Shown here one piece after another: positions 27,125 to 40,386 of a stretch of DNA of 64,000 bases. The position numbers and the translations under genes were made by a program. How positions within the stretch are numbered: position 1 is the stretch's first letter; each line of letters begins with the position of its first letter. The notes under the pieces were generated by a model, which was not told the DNA's origin, did no database searches, and saw nothing but the letters and a program-made list of their open reading frames with translations. This DNA comes from the human T2T-CHM13v2.0 reference genome, Homo sapiens, in NCBI RefSeq assembly GCF_009914755.1, contig NC_060929.1. The stretch is one strand, 5' to 3'.

Positions 27125-28589
27125 TTCACAAGCATATAAGTTCAGCATTAATAGACTGCCTCTGCTTACGTGACAGTGTGATCAGCACAGCCCAGGTGCA
27201 GTGTACAGCCGTCTATAACTCTGTGTGTGTATCCAGGTAAGCATGTAGACCAGAGAAGCCTAGGAGGAGGTATATGTTATTTGGACCTTTATATTTTAAT
27301 AGTTTTATTTTCCTTTTCAGTTTCAGTGAAGGCTTCAGCTGTATGTGAACATTTATGACAAAATGCACTCGAGCATCTAGAGTCATCTTAAGATGGAAAT
27401 TACTTTTCTTCATAGTTGGATAGCTTCAAGTTGGCTATGATGATTTTTATATCCTGTGTCCAAACAAAGAAGAAAATAACCCATCCTTCCAAAACCCAAG
27501 ACCATGTCCATGTGCATTGGAGGCACAAGACTGAATGAGAGAAACTGTGTTAAAGTCAGATTCCATTGGCATGTCTGTCCGCTTTTGCAAAGAACATGTT
27601 GGTGGAAACATGTTCCACATGTCAGTGGTTACCCTGATTCTTTGAATTTAATGGTGGGGCTGGCAAAGAAAGCTGGAGCATTTGGGAAGCCTGAAGCCTG
27701 CCCTTCCTGGCAGCATCAGAAAGCAAGGGGAGATGTTGGTGTACAGGCAAAAGTCAGCTCTCAACACAGGTGATGGAGGACTGTGTATGTAGCCAGGGAT
27801 AAAGAATCCAGGAGGGGCCTGAAGATGGGTGGAACCAATGAAATGAATCATCCCAGGTGTATCATCTCTTGTTTGGAAATATCCTAGCCCATTCCTACCT
27901 TCCTTTTGTTTAAACCACCTCCTTTTCTGAATGGCTGTGCCTTTTCATTCTTGTCTTCTGATCATGCACGGACTCCGGCTCCCAGCTTGACCTGAGCGTT
28001 TGCAGGAAGCACACTAAGGTTTGGGTAAGTCAGTTGCTGTTACTTGCTCCATGTGCTGTCCACCATGCTACGTGCTGATCTAGCAGGTGACATTGTGCTC
28101 TGCTTCTTCACCAGGGCTCTCTAGAGACACGGTTTTGACTCCAGGGCTGGAGGAAACATCACTACCAGAAGTGGATGTATACTTCGAGGAGGAAGGTCTT
28201 GGATTTCCAGGGAGTAGGCGGTCATCTGTGCCGCAGGTTGGTGTTGGCCATGATCACACCAAGTCTCACTGAGTCACAATGAGAGGAAGCTACACAGAGA
28301 CATAACAAGTGAGAATGGCAGGAGCGTGCCTGGTTAATGACAGGGAGTGGCATTTGTTCAACGGCACACATTCATTTATCCCATTTTAAAATGGTGCCAC
28401 CGAGCTGCAAGGCAAGGAAGCTACTGAACTTACCATCCACAAACACCTGGTGTACTGATAATTGTTGCTGCTTGCTTAACTTTGTTTTTCCTAGTCAGTA
28501 GATCCAGAATAGAAGTCAGTTCCCCTTCCCTTTTATTCAAAAGAATTCATTTAATCAGGACTTCTAAAGTGAAGTTTTCCAAAAAACTT

Positions 28590-29010
28590 TAAAAAATATT
28601 CATTTTAAATTTTTGTGGGTACATAGTAGGTATATATATATATTTATGGGGTACATGAGATGTTTTGATATACGCATACAATGCATAATGACCTTATCAG
28701 GTAAACAGTGAGTCCATCAGCTCAAGCATTTATCCTTTGTGTTACAAACAATCCAATTACACTCTATCAGTAATTTTAAAACATACAATTATTTTTGACT
28801 ACAGTCATCCTGTTGTGCCCCCATATGCTAGGTCTTATTCATTCTTTCTTACTATCTTTTTGTACCCATTAACCGTCCCCCTACCACTTCTCCCACCATC
28901 CTTCCCAGCCTCTGGTAACCATCCTTCTACTCTCTATCTCCATGAGTTCAGTGGTTTTAGTTTTTATCACCCACAAATAAGTGAGAACATGCAAAGTTTG
29001 TCTTTCTGCC
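28590..29010 (-). mobile_element. L1MA (MA1-3-like) 3' end
   Basis: TTTTGTGGGTACATAGTAGG...TTTATGGGGTACATGAGATG...CCCAGCCTCTGGTAACCATCCTTCTACTCTC. Confidence 0.85.
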
Positions 29011-29017
29011 AAGACAT

Positions 29018-29480
29018 GTTTTTAAATTGAGGTAAAATTCATGTAACATAAAATTTACCATGTTAGCAACCTTACAGTATACAATCTACTGGATTTTAAT
29101 ACTTTCCCTATGCGCTGTGCACTATCACCTCTACCTAGATCCCGAACATTTCACCCCCCACGAAAATGAAACAATGCGCCCATCAGTAGACACTCTTCCT
29201 TCTCCCACCCAGTCCCTGGCAAGCGCTAATCTATTCCTGTCTCAATTGACTTGTGAATTCTGGACATTTCACGGAAGTGCAGTCATACAGTACGTGGCCC
29301 TGATGTGGGGTTTCTTTCACTCAGCGCAGCAACTTCAAGCTTCTTTCATGCTGCAGCATGTATTAATACTTCATTCCTTTTAATGGCAAAATAAGTCCCG
29401 TTAGCTGGATCTACTGCATTTTGTTTATCCATCATTGCTTGATGTACTTTGGGACTGTTTCCACCATTTGGTTATAGCGA
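29018..29480 (-). mobile_element. L1MB 3' end
   Basis: TTTTAAATTGAGGTAAAATTCATGTAACATAAAATTTACC...TTCTGGACATTTCA...TACTTCATTCCTTTT. Confidence 0.8.
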
Positions 29481-30043
29481 TACATTAAATACCTTTCTTT
29501 TGTTATTTTTGCCACACATCTTCGAAAATAGACAACTCATTCTTCTGAACACATCCCGGAATACATGTTCTCGGTAGATTCTTGTCCAGGATTAAATAAT
29601 GGCCTTTATTTTCTTAATATCCTTTTTGACAATTGGGATAAGGCAGCCAGAAGGTAACTGACTTCTATCAAGTTATGGAGCACATCGTACAGAGGCGAAT
29701 GTAGGCCTTTCCAATTCTTGTCCCCAGATGGACTTGTGTGACTCTGCTGAGGTTAATTCTTTGCAGCACGCCTATCCCTCACGCATGCACGAAGTTCTGG
29801 AAGTCTCCCCTGCTACATGTTGCTGTGTAATTGTGGCCTGACTTATCCACCATGAGCATGAAGACTGTGACTCAGCAGAGATCAAGGCCACAGCAGGCAT
29901 CCTTACACACCCATGTTTAGATGTGCAGAAGCTGGGAGCCTGTGTTTGTGAGAAGGAAGACAGGCTTAGGATTGAGGTGAGAAATACCTCTCATTGCAGA
30001 GGTGGTGTCCAATAGTCTGATTCATGCCCGTCCCTCAGTTAAT

Positions 30044-30269
30044 CACGGTTTCTTAACTGCTGCTCTATTGACATTTTGGACCAGATAATTGTCCTGGGTG
30101 TTCCCCTGTGCTTTATAGGATGTTTGCAGCATGCTGGCCTGCACTCACTGGATGCCGATAGCACCACTCTGCCTTTCTCTCCCCATCATGATAATCTAAA
30201 GTCTTTCTCCGGGCATTGCCAAATGTCCCTTGGCGAGGGGCAAAAATCATTCTTGCTTGAGAACCACTG
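30044..30269 (+). mobile_element. MER20 hAT-Charlie MITE
   Basis: CTATTGACATTTTGGACCAGATAATT...CATTGCCAAATGTCCC...GGGCAAAAATCA...TTGAGAACCACTG. Confidence 0.85.
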
Positions 30270-30642
30270 GATCAGATAAAATTAAACAGACTTTCTATTC
30301 CTCAGACTCTAAGCCTGGTGCTTGATGGGAATGTGGGGACAGATAACGCCCAAGGAAATTACAGGAGTAAGAGGGTTATCTGGAGCAGGAAAACGTGCCA
30401 GGTAAGATGCGTGTTTGCTTGGGTTTGGGATTTTCTTATCTGGGGACCGAGTGGCTGATTACAGGCTCAGGGCTCATTACTCCCAAATTACCCGTCTGTC
30501 ACTGCTCATTAGAGGAGTTTTCATTTGAAATCTGTTTCTGGTTGTTGCCCTCTTTGAAGAGAAGAGTGAATGAGGTCACAGGGATTAATGGCTGCTAAAA
30601 GCCATTCGGTTTCAACATTTCTCCAAGGAAAACGAATCATCA

Positions 30643-31199
30643 TGTTTTCTGAACGCAAAACTCCGAAATAAAGATATGGGGAGTAGCAGGCCCTCTCCAA
30701 TCAGACAGGCTCAGGAAAGTTTCCCCTACCAAAATAGAGCTGCTTATAACAAACTGGAGTGGAGAGAGGGTGCAAGAGGGAGCTCCCAGGCACCTGCCTG
30801 GAACCTGCCTCATCACAAGAAAAGCCTGCCGTCCCACACGCCACATGTGGCCCATGCCTTTTAGCAGAACCTTTCTCAAGAGCCTCCTGAAGACTTCAGG
30901 ACTCTGGACAGGCCACCTGCTGAAGGACACTGACCCCAGCAGCGGTGTCTCCACCAAGAAAGGAACAGTGAGCAATGAACAGCACCGATTCCTACACTGA
31001 GCCTCTGTGACCTGTGGACTTTGTTTCAAAACAGCTTGTGTGGGCTTCCTTTTGTCCATAAAAGCTTCCCCTTTGTCCCGGCCCCCTTGCTAGGACTGTG
31101 ATCATCGTAGAATGCACATCCCAAGTTGTGGCTCCCTCCACTATTTCCAAATAAACTTTCTGCTTGGAAAGTTGGTCTGGTACTCATTTTAGGTTGACT
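30643..31199 (+). mobile_element. ERV1 (MER4-group-like) solo LTR, subfamily uncertain
   Basis: TATA-like CATAAAAGC near 31057, AATAAA near 31150, and a terminal TTTTAGGTTGAC typical of MER4-group LTR ends. Confidence 0.5.
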
Positions 31200-31252
31200 G
31201 TCTATGTAGAAATCTTTCCATTTTAGGTTGACTGTCTATGTAGAAATCTTTC
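31185..31252. repeat. Perfect 34-bp tandem duplication
   Basis: CATTTTAGGTTGACTGTCTATGTAGAAATCTTTC x2 (31185-31218 and 31219-31252). Confidence 0.95.
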
Positions 31253-32339
31253 CATGCCCTTTTTCCAAACCTCCCTGGCAGGAAGTTCAAATAGGAAAAT
31301 AAGGGCTACCAGCAGAATCATTTAACCCAGCATTATACAATTTTAATCAAAGTCTTTGATGTGAGCGTTGCCTCTGCCAGGTAATGCTAAGGGTGCCATT
31401 ACACGTTTCAATGTGCAATTAACGTTTTCCTCTGCGGTGGTGTTTTGCATGATGAGTCTGTGAGGGTGGGGGTGGGGGTGGGGGTTCTGCACAGTTCTCT
31501 TCCATAAAGCTATCTCTCCTTCACGTGGTCGCTTTGGCAGTTTTCCTTATTACCTGCTGTGTGTGCTGTTCTCCTTTTGACTTTTGATATCTGTGCTTTC
31601 AACCAAGTCATTCTGAACTATGTTCCCCTTCATCAGCTGTTATCTTTCCTCACCCCCATGCAGCCTGGGAACTGCTGTGAAATCCAGCTCTGTTTTCCCA
31701 CCCCAAACTTTCCTGTTTTGACTCCTTTCCAGGAGAGTCTTTCCCATTCATTTCCTTCTGTGATGTGTAAACACTGCCTCTGCTGCAAGTCACTCAGCCA
31801 CCTCCCTCTGCTCTGCTTCACATCCGGGCTCTTAAATGTTTGTGTGTCCTTGTCTTTTTCACATTAGCCCATGAGCCAGCAAGAGTGAGGAGACCTGGGT
31901 TAAGTCTACCTTCTACCACTAAAGAGCTCTGTGTCCTTGCTCAGGCCATGGGTGGCTCTACCACACTGTTTCATTATAAAAGCATACCAGATGCTGTCTT
32001 TCCCTGTGGTATACTTAGGAGATTATGAGATGATCATATTTAAAATGCCTGGTAAAGTTAAAGTAAAAATGGAAAGTTGTGTCTCTATTTATTTCTACTT
32101 ACCTTATTTGCTGACTTCATCACAGACTTCTCCTTCTATCACTCTCTCTAGCATATTTTTTAATCCTGTTCGATCCTGGCATCTTTTACATTTCTCCTTG
32201 TTTCCAGTTTCTCATGCGCTCCGGGTAATGTCCTTCCCTCCCCCCTCCCCCCCGCAAAATTAACCATCTCTTGGCAAAGGAGGCACATCACCAGTCCCTC
32301 CCACAGGCCAGTCCTTGCTGTCAGCACTTTATATGTGTT

Positions 32340-32690
32340 TTCTTTTTTCCAGTTTTTAATTTTATTTTTCCGTAAGTTATTGGGGTGCAGGTGCTATTTG
32401 GATGGATGAGTAAGTTCTTTGGTGGTGATTTGAGAGATCTTGGTGCATCCATCACCCAAGCAGTATACACTGCACCCAATTTGTAGTCTTCTATCCCTTG
32501 CCCCCCTCTCTCACTTCCCCCTAAGTCCCCAAAGTCCATTGTATCATTCTTATGCCTTTGCGTCCTCATAGCTTAGCTCCCACATATCAGTGAGAACATA
32601 CAACGTTTGGTTTTTCCATTCCTGAGTTATACTTAGAATAATAGTCTCCAATCTCATCCAGGTCACTGCAAATGTGGATAAAAAAACTGT

Positions 32691-32742
<52 letters not shown>

Positions 32743-32793
32743 TATATATACACAATGGAATACTACTCAGCCATAAAAAGGAATGAATTATGG
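32340..32793 (-). mobile_element. Short L1PB element with a 5' inversion, containing a (TA)n(CA)n microsatellite
   Basis: Antisense L1PB 3' UTR at 32340-32674, then the sense-oriented adjacent L1 segment TGGATAAAAAAACTGTG...GGAATACTACTCAGCCATAAAAAGGAATGAATTATGG. Confidence 0.88.
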
Positions 32794-33999
32794 TCCTTTA
32801 ATGGGTATGAAAGTATATGTACGTTTCAGGGTCTCTTTCCTCTGAGATGCCTCTGGTACTGATGGCTCAGCTGGAACCAGGGCTCCTCCAGCAAGTAAGT
32901 GTCTGCTTGACTCAAATATGCAGCCTCCCTTCTGGGTGGGAAACTCTCCTACCTACCTGGCCTCTTCTCACCTTCTCCCCAGTGGGATCATCATGCAAAG
33001 AAATAGACCAAGACTTCCCAGCACTTCTTTCAACCTCTGCTTTCTCATTCTCATGTGTCCGTTTTTGGGAAAGTGGTCAGAGGAGAGAGAGACAAGAAGC
33101 CATAAAGGAGAGACTCAACCCTGCCTGGCCTGGAGACGGCAGCATTCAGCCCAGACAGGACGTACTGGGCTCCTCTCCTGCCCTCTGGGAATGGCAGGGG
33201 CAGCTGCCTGGAGTACCGCGCGCAGGGTTCCCTAAGAAGGCGAATGGGCTCTGCACCGTGTAGGGTGGGGAGTGGGAGCAGTAATGCCAGATTCCAGACT
33301 CCCCTCAGTCCAACTTCGGTTGGTTTCTTCTTAGGGGTTGTTCATGACTCAACTACAAAACTGGCTTCCTGGTACCCTTTACTTTTCTGTCCTTTGACCC
33401 TAGAAAAAGAAGTATTTTAGCATGCTTCTGTTTGGCGAAAGGCCCTTGGTGAGAAAACTCTGTTGGTAGCTCCTGAGCTGCAACACCCGTCTCAGAGTCA
33501 GAGACGTTTCAAGTGGGGAGATTCTATTGTTTTCCGCATTCTGCATGGCAAGGGCCCTGCCTTCGATTCCCTCTTGTGCTGTTTGCGAGTCCCCACGCTG
33601 AGTTCACAGGCAAAGGAAGACGTTTCCATCTCAGTGAAACTTCACAGTCTATGTGGCTTCGATGACATGTCAGCCACAGTGGAGAAATTTTCAGAATGGT
33701 TTTGTTTCAAGGGTGCAGGGAGGAAGGGCTGTCTCCCAAGTCAAATGAAGCATTCCTTCTCTCTGTCCTGTCATTCCTACCCAGTGGGCCTGGAGGGCCT
33801 TTGCTAACCAGCATGACTTAGTTTGGAGACTAGTAGCTTTGTTTACATTGGATATCTGTTGCCAGTCTTCACCACTGCACCATCTCTATGCTAAAGGTAA
33901 TTGCCAAGAGAGTATGTTGTTATATTGCTCTATCAGGGTGCAGGACCCCATGGAGTTAACGGCCAAAAGCCACACACTCACCACGCAGCAGAGTCCTGA

Positions 34000-34355
<356 letters not shown>

Positions 34356-34859
34356 TGAGCTAACCTTTTTTAATCTTTGGGATGAAGAAGGAAAAATGAT
34401 AGCATTACAATTTCTGATGTTCAATTAATTTTAAAACAGTGAAAAGAAGGAGAGTTGATATTCAACAAAGTTGTAGATAGAAGGAGAGTAGACACAATTA
34501 TTCATGGGGTACAACTTGGGTAAAGAGAGAAGGGAGTGCAGGAACCGGGCAGGCTCTTCCAGGCTGGAGAGAGGATAAACTTGCCAGAGCTGTTCTGGAA
34601 GGGAATTTGGCAGCAGCTACAAAAGTCTGGGAATTTTGGATATATTTTGATCCAGTGATTCCACTTCTAGGAAGTTATCTGAGGAATAATTGTAGGTCAG
34701 CTAATTCATTAAGCTACAAATGTGTTTACAATGGTGCTGTTGATAACAAAGAAATATGGAAAAGCTAAACATAAAACGTCTCGCTTATTGGGATGTTAAG
34801 TCTTGCAGAAGTTGTTTCACTTATTAAGTAAAACAAAAAAGTTTCAAAAGCAGTATATG

Positions 34860-36211
34860 CAGCTTTAGTAATCAAAACAGAGTGATATTGGTATAAAAAT
34901 AGACATATAGACCAATGGAATAGGATTGAGAGTCCAGAAACAAAGCCATATGTCTATGGCTGATTGATTTTCAACAAAGGTTCCAAGAACATTCAATGGA
35001 GAAATAGCAGTTTCTTCAATAAGTTGGGCTGGGACAACTGGATATCCACAAGCAAAAGAATGTAGCTGGACCCCTACTTCACTCCGTATACAAAAACTAA
35101 CTCAAAATGGATCAGTTACCTAAATATCAAAGCTAAAACCATAAAAATCTTAGAAGAAAACTTAAGGGTAAATCTTCATAATTTTAGATTTGGCATGAAC
35201 AACAAGAAAGATAGATAAATTGAACTTTATCAAAAGTAAAAACCGTGTATCAAAGCACATTATGAAAGAGTGAAAAGGCAATGTATGGAATGGAGGCAAC
35301 TATTTACAAATCATCTATTTGATAAGGACCTAGCATCCAGAATATATAAAGAACACTTAGAAGTCAACAACAAGAAGACAAACAAACCAATTAAAAAAAA
35401 ATGGAGAAGGACTCAAACAGACATTTCTCCAAAGAAAACATACACATGCCAAAACCACATGGAAGGATAGCCAACATCATTTTTCATCGGGGAAATGCAA
35501 ATCGGAACCAGAACGAGTTATCACTATATACCCTCTAGCATGATCATATTTTTTTTTAAAGGAAAATAACAAGTGTTGGTGAGAATGTGGAGAAATTGTA
35601 ACCCTTGCACATTGTTAGTGGGACTATAAAATGGTTTAGCCTCTTTGGAAAACAGTTTGGTGATTCTTCAAAAGTTAAACATAAAATTACCATATGACCC
35701 TACAATTTCACTCCTAGGTGTAGATTTAAAATAACCGAAAATAAACACTCAACAAGTACATGTCTATAACCATAAGTTCATGTGTAATAACCAAAAGACA
35801 GCAACAGCCGAAATGTCCATGAACAGATAAACTGTGGTATGGTCATAAAATGGTATATTAGTTAGCTATAAAATGGAATAAAGTACTGATCCATGCTACA
35901 GCATGAATGAATCTACACGACATTATGCTAAGGGAAAGAAGTAAGACATAAAATGTCACTTATTGTATGATTCTCTTTATGCGAAATAGCCAGAATAGGT
36001 AGGTCCGTGGAGACAGATTGCAGATTGGTGGAGGCCAGAGGCTAGTGTGGGGGAAGAATGGGGAGAAACTACTTAATGGGTAAGGGATTTTACTTGGAAG
36101 TGATGAAAATGTTTTGGAAATAGAGGTGTGGGTTGCATAAAAAATGTACTAAATGCCACTGAATTTTTCACTTTAAAATGGTTAATTTTATGTTACGCAA
36201 AGTTCACCTCA
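34860..36211 (+). mobile_element. 5'-truncated L1MB, inserted in an older L1ME-like tail (~34570-36570)
   Basis: AATAGACATATAGACCAATGGAATAGGATTGAGAGTCCAG...CACTTTAAAATGGTTAATTTTATG; TSD AAAAGCAG(T/C)ATATG at 34846-34859 / 36212-36225. Confidence 0.88.
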
Positions 36212-36334
36212 AAAAGCAGCATATGTAATATCTCATTTTTTTGTGAAAAATACATACGGGAAAAGGCTGGAAGAGCAGCACTCGTTTAAAAATGTGCTAA
36301 TGGTGGTCATGTCCAGGTAGCACAGGAGGGCACA

Positions 36335-36490
36335 ACCCCAGTGCTGGAGCCTGGTTCAGAGTGGCTCAGTCACTTCTAGCTGTGTGACCCTGGGCAAGCT
36401 ACTTGTCCTCTCTGCTTTGCAGACTTGACATGAGGGTTAAATGAGATAATGCAGCACTCAGCACATATCAGTAACGGTTAGCTATTATTA
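36335..36490 (+). mobile_element. MIR
   Basis: CACTTCTAGCTGTGTGACCCTGGGCAAGCTACTT...GAGGGTTAAATGAGATAATGC. Confidence 0.8.
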
Positions 36491-37029
36491 TTTTTAAAGG
36501 CATTTTGACTTGTCTTAGTTTATTTGCATTTTCTAAATTCTTGACAATCAAAAAGGTTTTATTGCAATATCTAGCAGAAATGCAGACTTTAAGAGAGGAA
36601 CGGATTCAGACGCCCCTGTGTGTGACTGGAGGAAGGTATGTATTTTGAACAAATATGGGATATTGCATCAGCTACTTAAAAAAAATACCTCTGTGGTGGA
36701 GCCCTCAGCTCTGCAAAACCAGGGCAGAGATAGAGAGGGGCTATGGAGTCAGTGTGATGTGATATAAAGAAGAGAATTGAAAACAGAGCTTCTCTCAATC
36801 CACGCACACAAGCTTTTAGTATGAATGTGCAATGTTAAATGCTGAGAAATTACAGCTATTAAATAAAGACTCTCTAATGGGGCTTCCTTGTCTGGAAGGC
36901 CCCACCCTCCCTACTCTGTGCCTCCTCCTGCCCATCCCACAGATCCATGCTGGGATTTTGGAGCCTCCTTAATTAGGGTCCCCTGGTACATTATCTCTTA
37001 GCAATTCCCACTTTCCCTTCCCAGCTGTT

Positions 37030-37200
37030 ATAACAGATCTTCATTATTTATCAAGAACAAATGCATCAGGTATATTCAATGAATGGCTCTCCACGAGGCA
37101 AGTGTGCTGGATATTTTGTTCACTGTATTTCCCCAGTTCCTAGTAGGAAGCCTGGCATACGGGAAGGGTGTTGTAAATATTTTTTGAATAATCAGAATGA
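37030..37200 (+). mobile_element. L2 3' tail
   Basis: TTTTGTTCACTGTATTTCCCCAG...GCCTGGCATA...TAAATATTTTTTGAATAA. Confidence 0.6.
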
Positions 37201-39533
37201 CCAGATAGGTATAGTTCAATAATCATTATCAGACAATCGGCTTCCATTTCCATTGATTCCATTAGACTATTCTTCACAGGACAGTCCCACAGGAGGGTAA
37301 GCAGTATGGACGTTAGTGCTGGTGCCGTTGTGGGGGATCAGCACAGAATCTTACAATCACTTGGGGAAACACAGGCCCCCTTTTCCGTACTCCATCTGCT
37401 TTTGTTTGGTTCTCTTTTCCATCCTGGTCACTGCTTTTCACTGTACACCCTACCTGTTCTCTGGGATGCTGGTGAAGTGTCACTGGGCCACACGGTATCT
37501 TTTATACATAAAGAACAACAGAAGATGGTTTGATTCTATTTTGTTCCTTAGTGCTTTTTATACCTACTAGACTTCCAGCACAACAATATGTGGAAATAAT
37601 CTTTAGTAAGTTCTTGGGTATCTGCTCTTCAGCATGGTAGCTCTTCCTCCAAATACAAAAGCCATAACTTAAATTTCCAAACTCATGTGATCACAGGTTC
37701 CAGCTGATGCTAAAACTCTAAGTCAGCGTCTGTCATACAAGGCCTGCGATTCTGAATCTGAAAATATTCTCAGGTGATTTTCATGATCAGACAAGTCTAG
37801 GAAATGCTTGCTTAAATAAACAGTGCAACTAGCAAGCTATTTTAGAACTTTAGAAGTTGCTGCTTGCAAGGGAATCCAATCATGGATATGGAGGCTGGAG
37901 CTATGCCTTCCATCTTCCTGCTTGGTTTCTCCAAGGAGCTTGAACTAAAGGAAACAAAGGTTTAGTCTCTAATAATGCCTCTTCTGCACTCTGCCACACC
38001 CCAAAGAAGTAGAGAACCTGGCAAAACTCAAAACTCAAGACATCATTTGCTCTTGGATGAAGAAACGGCATCAGAAAGGGGTGTGCTCAAAGTGTATAAT
38101 TTTATTCAAGACACAGTTACTGGAAAACATGCCCACATGAGTCTACTGCCCTATAAGCTTGCCTGATTCCATTCCAGTTTATTATACTTGATTAATATCT
38201 ACCTGGAAGCCTACTTTCCTGGTGCAAAGAGAAACAGAGCATCTGTGAAAAGCAGACTGGGAAGCATTTCTTTAGCGACTTAATATTTAGGATGCTGGAT
38301 GCTCGGATTATATGCAGCCGTCAGAAAAGAAAGATGCAATTCAGTTGTGAAGGATGTATTTTAAAGCCATTTGCTAAAATGTCACTGGAATTTGTAGTTG
38401 AACCCAGTGAACAGCTGGAGATGCCGTAGCAAGTGACAGTCTCGCGTCCATCTGTGGTTGTTTCTAACATCACTGAAGTGGACAATGACAGGATCAAACG
38501 CTGTGCTGATCCATCAGTAGATAGACTTTCTTGGCATACTGGGGATGCCACCAAGACACTTTATTTGGCTTAGTTCCTGCTCTGGGGGTCGGAATTTCTC
38601 CAGCAGCTGGGCGTCACTCTGTGATCCTGTGTTTTTATTGGAATGCATTTGCTTGGTTGGTCTTAGTTCAGTGAAGCTGAGCTCCAGCTATACTGCTCCA
38701 CATATCGATCGGTTCCTAGAAACACCTGGTCCTGGGACCTGCTTCCCAGGTAAGCTCATTGGTCCTGGGACCTGCTCATTGGTAAGGGATGAGACATTGA
38801 AACAGCTTGTCACATGAAATAGCCTCAGCTCACCTATCAAATGTGGGTGGTTGCCGGCTCATATGTGGAATGAAGACCCCCCCAAGGATAAGGAGACAAG
38901 AGAGGTAGTGAAATTAAGACCCTTAAACCCTGATTTTTCCCTTCCATACTGTTATTTGGAAGTGAGTCACTAAGTCCAGCTCATAATCAAAAAGATTGGT
39001 GGGTTGGAGGAGGCCCACCGATCCCAGAGGGGAAGCGTCTACAAGGGTGATATTCAGAATCAACACTTGCTTTGTTGGTTTTCTCCATGATGTACAAGTC
39101 CAGTTTTAATTAACTTTTTTTGGATAATCCTGGAGTCTTTTTACTCAGGTTAAAGAAAAATCACCCAATTAGGGATTTTTTATTTTCATTTTCCTGACAT
39201 CTGAGGTGTTGGATAGATACTATGACTGCTTCCTCCTTCTGGAAAGTGTATCTTGTGTCCCAGACTCTGAGACACTTCTCCGGTACCTTTGGTTTGTGAT
39301 CTCAATTCTCACCTGCAGCCCCTGACCCCACGTGCCACATTTCCTGACCCATGGAGAGGCACCTGCGGCATCCCCTGCCCAGCCCGGCTCAGCTGCTCCA
39401 CTTCTCATCTTTTCCCGGAGGAACCCTCACCCCTTAACATCCCTGTTTTTATACATTGATTTTCTAAGCTATAGTCATTTTTATTTTCCTTCTTTTTCTT
39501 GCCCTCCAGATTAATTTACCACCCAGTCTTATA

Positions 39534-40386
39534 CAGCAGGTCCTTGAGGAACGACATTTAGTTCAACGTTTTGCAATAATGTTGTCGAGGGAAAACTCAG
39601 TTCTGGCCGGGGCCACCACCGGCAGAGTTGGCACACTCTCCCCAGGTCTGTGTGGGGTTTCCCCATGTACTCTGGTTTCCTTCCACATAGAAAGCTGTGC
39701 CCGTTGGGCGAACTGGCATGACTCTCTAGTCTCCGTCTGGTCTCTACATGGCTGCATCTGAGCTGCCCTGTGATGGGACAACGTCCTGTCCAGGCTGGTG
39801 CCCGCTTTGCACCCTGAGCTGCTGGAATAGGTTCTTGCCACCCACCACCCTAAATTGCAGTAAGTGGGTTGGAAAATTGAATGAATGAATGAATGAATGA
39901 AAATTATTGTAAAATAAAAACCCATAAACTCTACGATAATCATTCAAATGTGCAACAATATACCATGCAGTACGAGAGGGCGCTGGGTGAGCCCCCACGT
40001 CTGTGACTGTTTGTGTTTGAGCTGCACGATGGCAGGGGGTTCCTGGCGCTGTTCTCTTTGCAAACACTCATTGCTGGATCTACCGCAGCAGGACTATGGC
40101 TGCCGCCACTCACCGGTTCACCAAAAATTGAGTAAATAATTCTCCTACTTGTTTTCATTAATCTTTCTTAAACGTATGCGTAGCTCACATTTATGCCAGT
40201 GCTTAACGTTAGACATGTTTTGGGTCTTTAGTTAGCAGTTTGGTAGTTTTTTTGTGATCAGAAGTATGCCATCTCAACTCTTGTTTACATCAATTACTTA
40301 TTGTAAAATTGATTTTGTTATATGTCATTTTGCTTAAAGTCCCAATTTCCAATAACCTATGGACGAGGTTAAGTGAGAACTTACTG
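39534..40386 (+). mobile_element. MER6 TcMar-Tigger non-autonomous DNA transposon, near full length
   Basis: TA|CAGCAGGTCCTTGAGGAACGAC...GGTTAAGTGAGAACTTACTG|TA; internal TGGCACACTCTCCCCAGGTCTGTGTGGGGTTTCCCC...CTCTGGTTTCCTTCCACA and (GAAT)n. Confidence 0.85.

Noticed and set aside
38321-38554. Balanced-composition unique stretch that looked exon-like
   Set aside because: In-frame stops on +, no convincing paired splice sites, and no protein family recognised.
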